Shown here: positions 42,450 to 52,796 of the stretch, in pieces
How positions within the stretch are numbered: the first letter of the stretch is position 1
How the letters are laid out: the number at the start of each line of letters is the position of its first letter
Origin: an uncultured Nitrospiraceae bacterium
GTDB lineage: Bacteria; Nitrospirota; Nitrospiria; Nitrospirales; Nitrospiraceae
Reading direction: 5' to 3'
Assembly (NCBI GenBank): GCA_963846575.1
Contig: CAWJWJ010000002.1
Span: 448,001 to 512,000 of the forward strand
DNA: 64,000 nucleotides
The notes under the pieces: model-generated
What the model saw: only the letters and a program-made list of their open reading frames with translations
What the model was told of the DNA's origin: nothing
Database searches by the model: none
Translations under genes and position numbers: made by a program

Positions 42450-43601
42450 ATGAGGAGCCGGAATCACCTCATCCTCGCCATTGCATCGTTGTTATTTCTC
42501 CTGATCGTGGTCATGGAATGGATGTTCCCGCTCAATGTGGTGGGCGCATTCGGATTTGTGCTGCCGATCCTCCTCGTGGCCACCCTTCGCAGTCGCCGTC
42601 TGATGATCATCACATTGACCTTGTGTATCCTGGTGACGGTGATCGGACTCATCCAGCCGGGTAAAAAAAAGGAACGTTTCACCGCCGTCGTCTTTAATCG
42701 CACCATGGTGGTCTGCGTGTTGGCGGTCGTTGCCTACATCGGGGTCACATGGGAAGAACGCAAAGCGCGTGAGGAGGCCGCCCGATCCGCCCTCGCGGAG
42801 CAAACCGAACATCTATTGCGCGCGAATACCCAGCTGGTGGAGGTCAAGGATAAATTGGCGCGGGCTGAGCGGCTGGCGGCACTGGGACAACTGGTCGCTT
42901 CGGTTGCGCATGAGGTAGGAACCCCGCTGCATTCTATCGCCTGGCATGTGGAAGCCTTGGGTGAGGAGCCGGGGGTCACGCCTGAGATGCAGAAGCGAAT
43001 CGATATCATCGATGAACAGTTGAATCGGGTGGTACGCATCATTCAAGATCTTCTCTCGTCAACGCGACAACGCAAGCCTGACCCGACGTGGTATCCTGCG
43101 GAGCGGTTAATCGAGCCGGTTGTGGAGTTGATCGAGCCAGCGTATCACGCTAAGGCGGTTTCACTTCGAGCCACCGTGACGCATCCGGTACTCGTCTGGG
43201 CGGACCCCGAAAAGATCCACCAGGTCTTGGTCAATCTTCTGACCAACGCTCTAGTTGCCACTGCCGCAGGGGGACAGGTGACAGTCGACGTGTCGACGCG
43301 GGCCGCCTCGATGGAAGAACGAGAGCGCGCGTCGGACAGGAGCCGGCTCGATCTTGACACCATGGTCATATTGGCGGTGAGCGATTCCGGCTGCGGGATG
43401 CCTCAGGAGGACGTGGAACGGGCTTTCCAACCATTTTTTACGACGAAGGCGATCGGGAAGGGCACGGGTTTGGGATTGTTCCTGAGCCGCGAGGCCGTCG
43501 TGGCCCACGGGGGACACCTGACGCTCCAGAGCGAAGTGGGGACAGGCACGACTGTGACCGTCATTCTCCCCGGCCTCCGCTCGGACCCGACCGCAGTCTA
43601 G
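42450..43601 (+). CDS. Membrane sensor histidine kinase (NtrB-like core)
   Basis: N-terminal TM helices; VAHEVGTPL; NLLTNA; PFFTTK..GKGTGLGL. Confidence 0.92.
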   Translation: MRSRNHLILAIASLLFLLIVVMEWMFPLNVVGAFGFVLPILLVATLRSRRLMIITLTLCILVTVIGLIQPGKKKERFTAVVFNRTMVVCVLAVVAYIGVTWEERKAREEAARSALAEQTEHLLRANTQLVEVKDKLARAERLAALGQLVASVAHEVGTPLHSIAWHVEALGEEPGVTPEMQKRIDIIDEQLNRVVRIIQDLLSSTRQRKPDPTWYPAERLIEPVVELIEPAYHAKAVSLRATVTHPVLVWADPEKIHQVLVNLLTNALVATAAGGQVTVDVSTRAASMEERERASDRSRLDLDTMVILAVSDSGCGMPQEDVERAFQPFFTTKAIGKGTGLGLFLSREAVVAHGGHLTLQSEVGTGTTVTVILPGLRSDPTAV

Positions 43602-43614
43602 GAGACATCCCCCA

Positions 43615-45009
43615 ATGAGCCAGGCGAAACTCTTCGTGGTTGATGACGACGATGCGGCACGCGCGCTGCTGGCTGAAGCGCTTCTGAAGGAAGGTTATGA
43701 GGTCGAAGCCTTCTCCAGCGGGCAAGCGGCCGTTGAGCGGGGCAAACAATCGCCTGTTGATGTGGTCCTGACCGACATTCGCATGGAACAAGGCGACGGC
43801 TTTCTCGTCTTGAAGGAGTTCAAGCGGTTCAGCCCGGAGACGTCGATTGTCCTACTCACGGCCTTCGGGTCGCTCGAGGGCGCCATCGAGGCGATCAAGC
43901 AGGGTGCCTATGACTACCTTGCCAAACCTTTCAAAAAAGATGACATCCGGCTGGTGGTGCAGCGTAGCCTGGAGCACTGCCGCCTGGTTCGAGAGAATGC
44001 CCGCTTCCGGGATGATGCGCGTGTTCGCGAACCCTGGTCTCAGTTGGTGGGCAGCAGTCCGGCCATGTTAGAGGTGTATAAGCTGGTGGCGCGTGTGTCC
44101 GAAGGACGTAGTACGGTTCTCATTGAAGGGGAGAGCGGAACCGGGAAGGAGTTGATCGCCAGGGCTGTGCATTTGAACAGTCCTCGTCGGGATAAACCGT
44201 TTATCCCCGTCAACTGCGGAGCCCTCCCTGACCATCTGCTGGAATCAGAAATGTTCGGGTATGAAAAAGGCGCCTTCACAGGAGCCGTGGGGACGAAGGT
44301 CGGCCTGTTCGAAGCGGCGCATGGCGGAACCCTGTTTCTTGATGAGATCGGTGATCTGGGACAGGCACTCCAGGTCAAATTGCTGCGGGTGATGCAGGAA
44401 CAGGAAGTGCGCCGCGTGGGTAGCACCTCGTCCGCTAAGGTAGACGTGCGCGTCATCGCCGCCACCAATCGAGATTTGGCCACGTTGGTCAAAGAAGGTC
44501 GGTTCCGGGACGACTTGTACTACCGTCTCAACGTGGTGCGAATAGCCTTGCCCTCGCTGGCCCAGCGACGGGAAGATATTACGATGCTTGCGCATCACTT
44601 TCTGCAGAAGTATGCCAAACACTCGCTGCATCTCAGAGGATTCTCGCCGGAAACGATGGCCCTGCTGAAGCGCTATCACTGGCCGGGCAATGTGCGGGAA
44701 CTTGAAAATGCCGTTGAACGGGCCGTCTCACTGAGCCATGGGCCGCTCTTGCTGCCGGAAGATCTCCCCGAGGCGATCAGAACGGACCCGGCGCCTGCTG
44801 ACTCGCTGAGGGCGGAGTCCTCCGACAGGGGACAGGACGCCCTGATGACGCTGGATGAGGTGGAGAAGCGGCATCTCGCGCTGGTCCTGAAAGAGACGCG
44901 CGGCAATAAGGTGAAGGCGGCGAAGATTCTGGGGATTGATCGGCGCACCTTGTACCGGATGGCCGAGCGGTTTGGGTTGGATTTCGGGGACGAGGCCGAA
45001 GGGAAGTAG
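43615..45009 (+). CDS. Sigma54-dependent response regulator (NtrC/AtoC family)
   Basis: REC; GESGTGKE; GAFTGA; FLDEIG; WPGNVREL; Fis HTH. Confidence 0.96.
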   Translation: MSQAKLFVVDDDDAARALLAEALLKEGYEVEAFSSGQAAVERGKQSPVDVVLTDIRMEQGDGFLVLKEFKRFSPETSIVLLTAFGSLEGAIEAIKQGAYDYLAKPFKKDDIRLVVQRSLEHCRLVRENARFRDDARVREPWSQLVGSSPAMLEVYKLVARVSEGRSTVLIEGESGTGKELIARAVHLNSPRRDKPFIPVNCGALPDHLLESEMFGYEKGAFTGAVGTKVGLFEAAHGGTLFLDEIGDLGQALQVKLLRVMQEQEVRRVGSTSSAKVDVRVIAATNRDLATLVKEGRFRDDLYYRLNVVRIALPSLAQRREDITMLAHHFLQKYAKHSLHLRGFSPETMALLKRYHWPGNVRELENAVERAVSLSHGPLLLPEDLPEAIRTDPAPADSLRAESSDRGQDALMTLDEVEKRHLALVLKETRGNKVKAAKILGIDRRTLYRMAERFGLDFGDEAEGK

Positions 45010-45018
45010 ATCGGCTCG

Positions 45019-45465
45019 TCAGAGCACTCGAAGCGCGTTCTTGACCAGGCGAATTTCATTCGCCGCACTTTGTGGCAAAGGGGTCTGGGCATCTTCCCAC
45101 GAGTCGAGAAGCCCGTCCTTCTCGCGATAAAACACTTGCAGCCGTAGACGGGTCGTGCTCTCGTCCAGCGCGACCACCCGAGCCTCCACTCGGCTCTTAC
45201 CCACTCCAAATCGCCAGCGCAGGAGCCCGTTCCACGGACTTCTGACTTCCCGTCGCATCCCGGTCGTCAGATTGCCGTCGTCTTCCTGCTCGACTTCATA
45301 CCCTCCTTGCGTCAGGACATACGCGACCGCGGTTTTGACTTGGTCGGCAGGGACCGGCAGCATCACTTCCATCACATCGAATTCCTGAAGGGGCGGCCCG
45401 GAGGCACATCCTCCAACCGTCGCAAGGATGAGTAGCAGCCACAGGCTGGCGGCCCGGAACTTCAT
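45019..45465 (-). CDS. Lipoprotein of unknown function
   Basis: Lipobox VGGC. Confidence 0.78.
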   Translation of the reverse strand: MKFRAASLWLLLILATVGGCASGPPLQEFDVMEVMLPVPADQVKTAVAYVLTQGGYEVEQEDDGNLTTGMRREVRSPWNGLLRWRFGVGKSRVEARVVALDESTTRLRLQVFYREKDGLLDSWEDAQTPLPQSAANEIRLVKNALRVL

Positions 45466-45716
45466 TTGGGTTTAGTTTCCTGAAGGCGGTACACCATGTG
45501 GGTATCCGTCTGATCGACACCGGGGATGGCATGAATTTTAGCCAGCACCAACTGGGTTAATGCATCTTGATGGGGGATTTCGACGATGGTGAAAATATCC
45601 GGCTTCCCCCAGCAAGGATCAATTTGCTTGATTTCCTTGATCGTCGTTAAGGCCTTGACGACATCCGCCGTTTGACCGGGGTGCACATTGATCAGTACGT
45701 AGGCTTTGTCCGGCAT
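45462..45716 (-). CDS. Stand-alone Lrp/AsnC ligand-binding (RAM) domain protein
   Basis: AYVLINV..G...V...L...G..DI...VE......L...I..IPGV..T.T. Confidence 0.85.
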   Translation of the reverse strand: MPDKAYVLINVHPGQTADVVKALTTIKEIKQIDPCWGKPDIFTIVEIPHQDALTQLVLAKIHAIPGVDQTDTHMVYRLQETKPK

Positions 45717-45846
45717 GCAGGGCATCTCCCATGGTGTGCACGAATGCGGCGGCACTATCTCCAGCGTTTCGAAACGTATCGGATTGCTTCGGGTGAAGTC
45801 AACCGAACCCCGGTCGGTCGTCCGGGGATGACGACGGTCTCTCACG

Positions 45847-47532
45847 TCATTTAGGGGCGACGATGACCTCGACTCTCAACCGCCCGCTGACTACGCTGAG
45901 GTCGGCCTCCAGCCCGCGAGGATTTCCGACGCGACCTTCCGGGTCGTAGATAAAGCAGAGGAGGATCTGTCCGTTCGGTCGCTCAGAGTAGTGGGCTGCG
46001 TCCAATTTGACCTGCTCGGCCAGATCCTTTGTCGTAAGCCCGGATCGAGTCTGCTTGACGACCAGGACAATCCTCTCCCAATCGAGAAGATAGCTGGTCC
46101 GACGGGCGCCACTCGCATAGGCCGGAGCCCACTCATCCGTCCCCACCTCATCAAACTGCAGACGCAGAAGCGCATACACGAGATCCTGCAGGTCGTATTC
46201 GTCGGTGATCTCCAGCGTGGGGCGGTACTCTCCTCGCAGGCGTAGTTGCCGGGCCACCAGGTGAAATCGGGTGCACAGTCTCCGAAGCCCTTCGAGCGTG
46301 CCGGTCTCAGTGTGTTCTGTCCCAATGACCACGTTCCGGAAAGGATGAGAGGGCGCGACAATTGAATCGACCGTAGAAAGGCCAGGGGCCTGTGATGGCT
46401 CGGGGCATGGGGGTGACGGGCGCTCAGTGCTCCGTACCTCACGGGCGACGTGTTGTGCGGCGTTCAATTGGTCAGGGGATTCCGATTCTATCGAAGGCAT
46501 CGATCGGATCGGGACAGCTCTGGATGTCGAGTCGGAAAGCGTATCTGGAAGTGCGTCCAAGGTTTCGACCGTTCCTGCAGGGCGTGGCGGTTGGATCAGC
46601 GGTTCTGCCGAAGGAGTCGAAAGGTTGGGTGGAGTCCGGACGGTCTGAGGCGCGCGGGGAACGGTTGTCTGCGAAACCACTGTCTGGAGCCCAGCCGAGC
46701 GGACCGGCATGGGCGTGGTCGAACAGGGCTCCGATGTCTCCGGCACAGCTGCAACGCCGGCCGGAGACGCCGGGCCAGGCATCGTTGGGCTGCGATCCGG
46801 TACTGGGACGCTTGAGGTCCCCTCTCTTCCCGTTCTGACATCGGGCGTAGTCTCGGCATCGTGAGTCCGGGAGGGCGATGGCGGCCGAGGTTGCCCGGGC
46901 ATGGAGGTGTCGCTGATCGGTTGAGTGGCCTTTGCGGGGGTCGGAACGGGAAGCGGGGGATTCACGGAAGCCGGGGGCCTGACGGGGAGGGGATCGCTAG
47001 CCTGGGGCGACGGCATGACGTTGGCCGACTGTTCACTTGTGGTCACCTTCGGAGAACTGGATGGTGTCCCCGTTGTGCCGGGGGTATCTCGCGGGGAAGC
47101 GGCTTTGCCTCGAGAATCGGACAGCGAGGCCGGGGCAACTGCCGTCAGCGTCGGACGTTCCGGTGCTGTGACCGGGGGTGACGCTCCTGAGATGGCTGCG
47201 AGACCCAAGAGGTCGGCCTTTTGGTCCTCCAGTGCGCGGATCAACTGTTTGAGAAGGGTTGTACTTTGCGCGGATTCGGCCGGATTTCCGACTCGTAGCT
47301 TGTGATTCTTGTGCGTCTGATACTCCGGGGATTTGTCTCCAAACACCCGCCGAATCGTTTCACGAAATGAGAGTTCGGTTCTGGCGCGGCCTGCGTCGCG
47401 GTAGGGAAAGCCCTCCCGGCTAAGGTCGTCGATTTGCGCGCTCAGTACCCGCAGTTGCTCAATTCCGTGGGTCAGTTCCTCAGCGATGGTGAGTTTCGCC
47501 TTACGCGATTCGCTTGTTTTTGGTCGTGCCAT
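45847..47532 (-). CDS. Protein with helical N-domain, Pro/Ser/Thr-rich linker and C-terminal degenerate PD-(D/E)xK (REase DpnII/MboI-like) domain
   Basis: C-terminus DEYDLQDL..ALLRL.FD....EW.P.YA...CFIYDPEGRVGNPRGLE.DL. Confidence 0.75.
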   Translation of the reverse strand: MARPKTSESRKAKLTIAEELTHGIEQLRVLSAQIDDLSREGFPYRDAGRARTELSFRETIRRVFGDKSPEYQTHKNHKLRVGNPAESAQSTTLLKQLIRALEDQKADLLGLAAISGASPPVTAPERPTLTAVAPASLSDSRGKAASPRDTPGTTGTPSSSPKVTTSEQSANVMPSPQASDPLPVRPPASVNPPLPVPTPAKATQPISDTSMPGQPRPPSPSRTHDAETTPDVRTGREGTSSVPVPDRSPTMPGPASPAGVAAVPETSEPCSTTPMPVRSAGLQTVVSQTTVPRAPQTVRTPPNLSTPSAEPLIQPPRPAGTVETLDALPDTLSDSTSRAVPIRSMPSIESESPDQLNAAQHVAREVRSTERPSPPCPEPSQAPGLSTVDSIVAPSHPFRNVVIGTEHTETGTLEGLRRLCTRFHLVARQLRLRGEYRPTLEITDEYDLQDLVYALLRLQFDEVGTDEWAPAYASGARRTSYLLDWERIVLVVKQTRSGLTTKDLAEQVKLDAAHYSERPNGQILLCFIYDPEGRVGNPRGLEADLSVVSGRLRVEVIVAPK

Positions 47533-47627
47533 GAATCATGCGCCTCTAGTCAGACTCTCTCGAGAAGGATGCTGTCACGCAGCGACGAGTCCGATTTCAT
47601 TCGGGGACAACGTGGACATACTTGCTG

Positions 47628-48122
47628 CTAATCAAACCACTCAACTTCCCCCTGGCCGGTCCGTGCGGATTTTTTTAGATTCGCCGTGGCCGGTGGGCCT
47701 GCTAAAACCTGCAGCACCAGCGTCAGCAATGCTTCTGTCGTAAAGGGCTTCTTCAAAAATGGCAAACCATCCCGTATAAGACCGCGACTGAGCAACTCAA
47801 GACGGGGACTACCGGACATGAGAACCACACGGAGTTCTCGTTTTCCTGCTAACAGCCGCTCAATCATCTCAAGCCCATTCACCCGGGGATAGGGGTTCTG
47901 CTCTACTGAGAGCTGGAATCCGGGCGGCGGAAGGAAGATGTCGGTGAGAACGAGATCGAGCGGTTTGAGCTGCTCGGCAGAGAGTCTCAGTGCCTCGGAG
48001 CTTCCTGGCGCTTGCAGCACCTTGTATCCGGCCTCCTGTAATGGCTTCGAGCAACGCAAGAGGTTAGAGGGATCGTCGTCTACAATCAAAATGGTCGAAG
48101 GCTGTTTCGGGTCGGTGGTCAT
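47628..48122 (-). CDS. Single-domain response regulator with loop insertion
   Basis: IVDDD, LTDIFLP + insertion, MSG, KKPF. Confidence 0.85.
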   Translation of the reverse strand: MTTDPKQPSTILIVDDDPSNLLRCSKPLQEAGYKVLQAPGSSEALRLSAEQLKPLDLVLTDIFLPPPGFQLSVEQNPYPRVNGLEMIERLLAGKRELRVVLMSGSPRLELLSRGLIRDGLPFLKKPFTTEALLTLVLQVLAGPPATANLKKSARTGQGEVEWFD

Positions 48123-48160
48123 GGCGGTTTTCTCCGCGGGATGTGCGCTCTCTCGCCGGC

Positions 48161-49009
48161 CTAGAAGGGACGACGTTGCTCCTTGAGACGTTCATATTCG
48201 CGCTGTTCGCAGCGCTTTTGCTCCGGCCGCAGAGATGCCGGGACCTCCGCAAACCGTAACGTGCAATATCGTTGCGCCTGTTGCCGCCGGTCCTGGTCCT
48301 GTTGCTCCTCGAGCTGTTGTAGCCGGACCGTCAAGTCGATGGCGGGAAGCTCTCTGTCTGCCGGTCTGTCTGGCTGTGGCGCGGGGGGTGCATCGTCGCT
48401 TGAGCGCGGGTGTGGACCGTTCAGTCGCCAACGTGTCACCACGTCGTCCTGGTTAAACACGATGGTCAGGCCGAACTGGGAATACTCCCATGTCAGTTCG
48501 CCTCTGTCTGGATGTGCCAGGATGGAACGGGGAAGTCCGTAGCGGTTCCACACTTCGTCCCGCAGCATGCCGACGCGTGGAGTGAGATTACGGACTGCTG
48601 TGATGTGGGCGACGATTGGCGAAATATCCGCCTGCCTGCCAGGGGTAGGTTGTCTCGTGAGGGATTCGAGCATGGTTTTGGGAGCACGTAAGAGCCGCCA
48701 TACTGTGACCAATCCTGGAGGACAGTCGGGAGGATGTGGTTCCTCGAAGACCATTTGGGTATCCAGGGGAAAGCCGCCGATTTCCCGGGCCCTCGTGAAA
48801 TTCTTCACCTCCTGCACCGCGGCGACATATGCACGTTGACGTCCTTCCTCCACGTTCGGCGCGCAAGAGGATCGTCCGGTGAAGAAGACGTCGTCGCCAA
48901 AGTGGAAAAGAGCCTGCTCAGTCCAAAACGGATGGTTTTCAACGGCCTCTGCCGTCGAGACCACCAGCAGACTGAGGCTCAGGAGCGAGGTCGCAATGAA
49001 ACGGGCCAT
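48161..49009 (-). CDS. Exported hypothetical protein
   Basis: Signal peptide (AEA); GM..DEV...YG.P...WEY resembles small SmpA/BamE-like modules. Confidence 0.7.
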   Translation of the reverse strand: MARFIATSLLSLSLLVVSTAEAVENHPFWTEQALFHFGDDVFFTGRSSCAPNVEEGRQRAYVAAVQEVKNFTRAREIGGFPLDTQMVFEEPHPPDCPPGLVTVWRLLRAPKTMLESLTRQPTPGRQADISPIVAHITAVRNLTPRVGMLRDEVWNRYGLPRSILAHPDRGELTWEYSQFGLTIVFNQDDVVTRWRLNGPHPRSSDDAPPAPQPDRPADRELPAIDLTVRLQQLEEQQDQDRRQQAQRYCTLRFAEVPASLRPEQKRCEQREYERLKEQRRPF

Positions 49010-49176
49010 AGGCCTGCCTGCCGAATGAGGTTGCGGTCAGCACTCCTGCAGTATAACGCCTGGGCGGGCAAAATCGACAAAAGACCATTTTCCCGCTCGT
49101 TGGAGGATCCGGTGGAGTACCCGCGCAGCCAGGGGATGATGGTAAGGGTCGGGGCGAATGATGGAAGATAAATCGA

Positions 49177-49866
49177 TTAGTAGTTCGTGGACGTCGTTGG
49201 ACTTTGATTGCTCGAAGCAGGGGGAGCGGCTTGTGGTTTGGGATGGCTCACCTCGCTTGTCATGAGGCCGGATCCCGGAGGGCAGATACTCTCGGGCGCA
49301 TTGGCACCAGGGTTGCGCATGCCCCAGGCCGTCGCAAGGGCATGACAGGTGAGGAGGCTGATGCCTTCTTCGATATTCCCGAAACGCTCCGCGGACTGAG
49401 CTTTGCCGCTCCATTCAATTTCACCGGTGTTCACATCCACGGCCCTGAGAGCCACTGTCGCCGAATACACACGCTGATTGTGCGGAAAACCGGTGCTCCA
49501 ATCCAAAGCCTCCCAGGATCCCACCTCGGCATTGCTGAAGACCACGAGTCGAGCGCCTACTAATTTGGCCATTCGCAGTACGTCTGTTTCAAGGTACTGG
49601 TATCCCGTGAGATTGACCTTTTGATCGGCTGCGGCTTGGAGCACTTTCGTCTGGTCCACCACGAGAATGCCCTTCTTCAACAACCAGGTGCTGGCGCTCT
49701 GGATCGTATCGGGGCGTCCACCCCACACGACTGCTCTGGTATAGGGGGCAGGGAGCTTCGAGTGGAAACCATCCGTCATGGGCGTGTCCACGAATGCGTA
49801 TCCTCTACAGCCGGCGGCTGCCAGCAACAGTAGGCATAAAACCAGACGCAGTGTCATTGTGTTCAT
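49177..49866 (-). CDS. Lipoprotein, possible CsgG/LpoB-like fold
   Basis: Lipobox AAGC; AKLVGARLVV..LRAVDVNTGEIEWS. Confidence 0.72.
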   Translation of the reverse strand: MNTMTLRLVLCLLLLAAAGCRGYAFVDTPMTDGFHSKLPAPYTRAVVWGGRPDTIQSASTWLLKKGILVVDQTKVLQAAADQKVNLTGYQYLETDVLRMAKLVGARLVVFSNAEVGSWEALDWSTGFPHNQRVYSATVALRAVDVNTGEIEWSGKAQSAERFGNIEEGISLLTCHALATAWGMRNPGANAPESICPPGSGLMTSEVSHPKPQAAPPASSNQSPTTSTNY

Positions 49867-50178
49867 CGGTCTCTCAGCTCCGGGACTAGCCGGAGGTCAT
49901 CACTGTGAAGCTGTTTCATCGAAGACATGTGAGCTTGTGCGCGGTAGTGTCTGCTGCTGCGAGACAGTATACATGAACGATTCTACACAGGTTAGCCGTA
50001 TTCGTCGAGACGATTGCATGACGAAGAACCTGGCTATAGGAGGAACGGAGGGACGCGCACTCTCGAGCCGCTGGGGAGCGCAGGGGATGAGCCTGCCAGC
50101 CGTGCGTCTGATCCGTCATGGGTTGTGGAGAACTGATGGTGAGAGGGGGCGTGACTAGGTGGCGCGAGGTACCAAGCA

Positions 50179-50215
50179 CGCGGCGGTTCTAGCGAAGGCT
50201 GCTAGGACCGCCGCG
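50179..50215. terminator. 15-bp stem hairpin just after the small ORF 50220..50351
   Basis: CGCGGCGGTTCTAGC-GAAGGCT-GCTAGGACCGCCGCG, one mismatch. Confidence 0.5.
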
Positions 50216-50219
50216 GAAC

Positions 50220-50351
50220 TCACAGAATTTCGACCTGTGGGAACGTGCTCTGGTCGCCGGTCTGTTGTGGCCGATCCGCCATGACCATAAGCTGGACCGC
50301 GATAAATGGAACCACTGCGTAACCGATGAGGATCAACGGGAACTCAATCAT
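50220..50351 (-). CDS. Small membrane protein (43 aa)
   Basis: AAGGAG SD; MIEFPLILIGYAVVPFIAVQLMVMAD; followed by a hairpin. Confidence 0.55.
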   Translation of the reverse strand: MIEFPLILIGYAVVPFIAVQLMVMADRPQQTGDQSTFPQVEIL

Positions 50352-50658
50352 GGCCTGGAACTCCTTTGTTATCTGGAGCGCTGTTATGCAAAGCCGGGGC
50401 CGTACCATTGTCGTTCCGTAACGTATTGATTCCTCATACGAGTGAGTGCCAGGTCGATCGCAAGCGTGCGTCAATTGTGACAGCGGAGGAGGGAAGAACT
50501 TGTGCAATCAGGGCACTTTACGCTGAGCCAGAAGACCTAAGGGTAGTCGGGCAGAATGGAAAGCCTTCCGGGGCATACGGAAGCCTTTCCATTGTCCCTG
50601 CCTCGCACCTGGAGGACCACCGGAAACGATTGCCTCCTCCGTGCCAATTCTCTGCCTG

Positions 50659-50674
50659 TGAGCAATTTTGATCA
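50659..50674. promoter_or_regulatory. 16-bp palindromic operator candidate, copy 1
   Basis: TGAGCAATTTTGATCA; similar copies at 55789 and 56739. Confidence 0.55.
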
Positions 50675-50811
50675 GTCGTCATCGGTGCATCGGGATAGCA
50701 TGGTACCGGAGGTTCGGTGGTGTGTGCTGCTCGCGTCCCGAGAGCGGCAAAGACGTGCCCTAAGGTTGGAGAGGTCGGCTGTCAGTTCGCTAGGGCAGAA
50801 CAGGAGGAGCC

Positions 50812-51039
50812 ATGCAGCCATGCAAACGATGCGGCGGGTTTCTGATGATCGAAAACTGGTTGAATCTCGCCGGCGATCTCACACAGAAGGACATCCAGGG
50901 AACCAGGTGCGTAAACTGCGGGTCGATCGATGACCCGGTCATACTCGCGAACCGTCGACGGCGCCACCCTGCTTCGGTAGAAGCCCGAGCAACGCATCGT
51001 GGACGGCAATATCTCATTCTCTCCACAGGTCACAGATAA
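50812..51039 (+). CDS. Small C4 zinc-finger protein (CxxCxG..M / RCxxCG..DPxIxxNR)
   Basis: AGGAGGAG SD; paralog at 58278..58490. Confidence 0.8.
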   Translation: MQPCKRCGGFLMIENWLNLAGDLTQKDIQGTRCVNCGSIDDPVILANRRRRHPASVEARATHRGRQYLILSTGHR

Positions 51040-51575
51040 AACTACGAGGCAGATAGGGAGACGTCAGCGCTCGCCGGCAGCAGGGGCATGCCATCTCGCA
51101 TCTTTCTCGCGTGCAGCTTCGAGTTCCTGATCCCGAGGACCGGCGTCAGGACCCGGCCCCCCTTCTCGCGACTTCGGTTTGTGCCTCGACATCTCGTGGG
51201 TTCTGTTGGCGGGCGTGCAGGAGGCACACAGATGTGGGCCCGAGATTCTGGCGGTTGAGCAGACCTCCAGATTTGGCGAACCACATGCCGCACAGATCGC
51301 CAACTCAATACAGGCTATAGGTTGAGGTGCACGGGCAGTCCGGCAGGTCATGGTGCCGCCTCCGTGGTGCCGAGACGAGTTTTTCATCCGTAGGTCGTCG
51401 AGACATCTTGGTCACCACCCCGAAAAGCCGGCTACGGATGTACGTTCACGCTACTACGCCTGCGACTGCGAGGCTGGTCAAAACTGCTCAGGTTCGACGT
51501 TATGCCGGCCGGAGTTGAGGTTGCCTGTTGTGCAGGCGGGGGAGTAATGCAGACAGGAAGACCTGAAAGGTGGAA

Positions 51576-52229
51576 CTAGTCGTGCAGGACCACGTTGAGA
51601 AGAGATCTGTGGACGTGTAACGTGCCGTTGTACTCGATGAATCCGAGTTTTCGAAACTTATTCATAAAGAAACTCACCCGTGAGCGCGTGGTGCCGATCA
51701 TTTCAGCCAGTATCTCCTGGCTGATCTTGGGAATGACCGGCTCCGGCTTATCGTCCTTTCCAAAATGTGCCAATAGGAGCAGGACACGGGCGAGTCGCTT
51801 TTCGCTGGAGTTGAACAGTTGATCGACCAGATCTTCTTCGATGCGCATGTTGTGAGACAGCAGATAGGACATGAAGAGCTCGGAGAACGACGCGTCCTTG
51901 CGGAGCACCCGAAGCATCGCACTTTTTTCAATGCGCAGCAGCGTCGACTCTTCCTGTGCGGTCGCTGTTGCCATGCGTATCACCTGGCCCGCGAGACACG
52001 ATTCTCCGAAAAACGCGCCGGGTTCCAGCAACGCAAGGACCGCTTCTTTGCCCTGCCTGGAGACGACGCTAAGCTTGACCTTTCCGGTCTTGATGAAGAA
52101 CACCGCATTCGCGACATCCCCTTGCGAAAAAATCGTGTGGTGCTTAGGCGTACTCAGGCTCGTTTTGCCGGCCCCCACCTTAGCCAATAACGAGTCGGGA
52201 CAAAACCTCGGGGCGCGTTTGGTTGCCAT
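51576..52229 (-). CDS. Crp/Fnr family transcriptional regulator
   Basis: cNMP-binding fold (IFSQGD, G.VKL, FFGE) and HTH SQEILAEMIGTTRSRVS. Confidence 0.95.
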   Translation of the reverse strand: MATKRAPRFCPDSLLAKVGAGKTSLSTPKHHTIFSQGDVANAVFFIKTGKVKLSVVSRQGKEAVLALLEPGAFFGESCLAGQVIRMATATAQEESTLLRIEKSAMLRVLRKDASFSELFMSYLLSHNMRIEEDLVDQLFNSSEKRLARVLLLLAHFGKDDKPEPVIPKISQEILAEMIGTTRSRVSFFMNKFRKLGFIEYNGTLHVHRSLLNVVLHD

Positions 52230-52796
52230 GAGGAACCCCTCACTGCCAGTAGCAACGGCCGGACTGCGGCCAATGGTGGCATAGAGAATTCAACGATTCA
52301 AGAGATGTCGTCCCTGCGACCGCACTCTGTGGTGAGTCTAAGAGGCACCAGGGTAGGCTGCCGGGGGCATTGCAATCGATCTTCGAGTACTGGATCGTTA
52401 GTCGCACCGAGAGGCGGCGCGCCCTTCGCACCGGGGCAGGATAACCCCATTTCCCCAGTTGTTGTGGTAAAACGCCGGGCCCAGCCATACCGGGGAACGC
52501 TTTGTGATGCGCGTCATTCTGGAGTTTGAGCAAGTGATGGCCTAAGGCCTGGAACGCCTACCGGTAAGGGCGAAGGAACAAGACTATGCCGGCGGCGCAG
52601 AGCCGGTCGCTTGGAGCCTGCTTCGTTTACGTTGAGTCGGCCAAAAATCACAGCGGGGAGGAAATAGGTCTAGCAGAGAGCCCATCTTCGCTCCTGAGAC
52701 GCCGAGTGAACCATGCAATCCGGCCGGGCCGCTTCAAAGGCTGTCGCGTACATCGGCAAGGGTTGGCGACCTGAGACGCGCGATGCTGCGGGGGAT

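Noticed and set aside
46300..47200. Pro-rich stretch as a tandem repeat
   Set aside because: Low complexity only; no repeat unit seen at DNA or protein level.
50631..50647. Reverse-strand sigma54-like site TGGCACGGAGGAGGC
   Set aside because: GG-N10-GC spacing fits but the -12 element is AGGC rather than TTGC; too weak to call.
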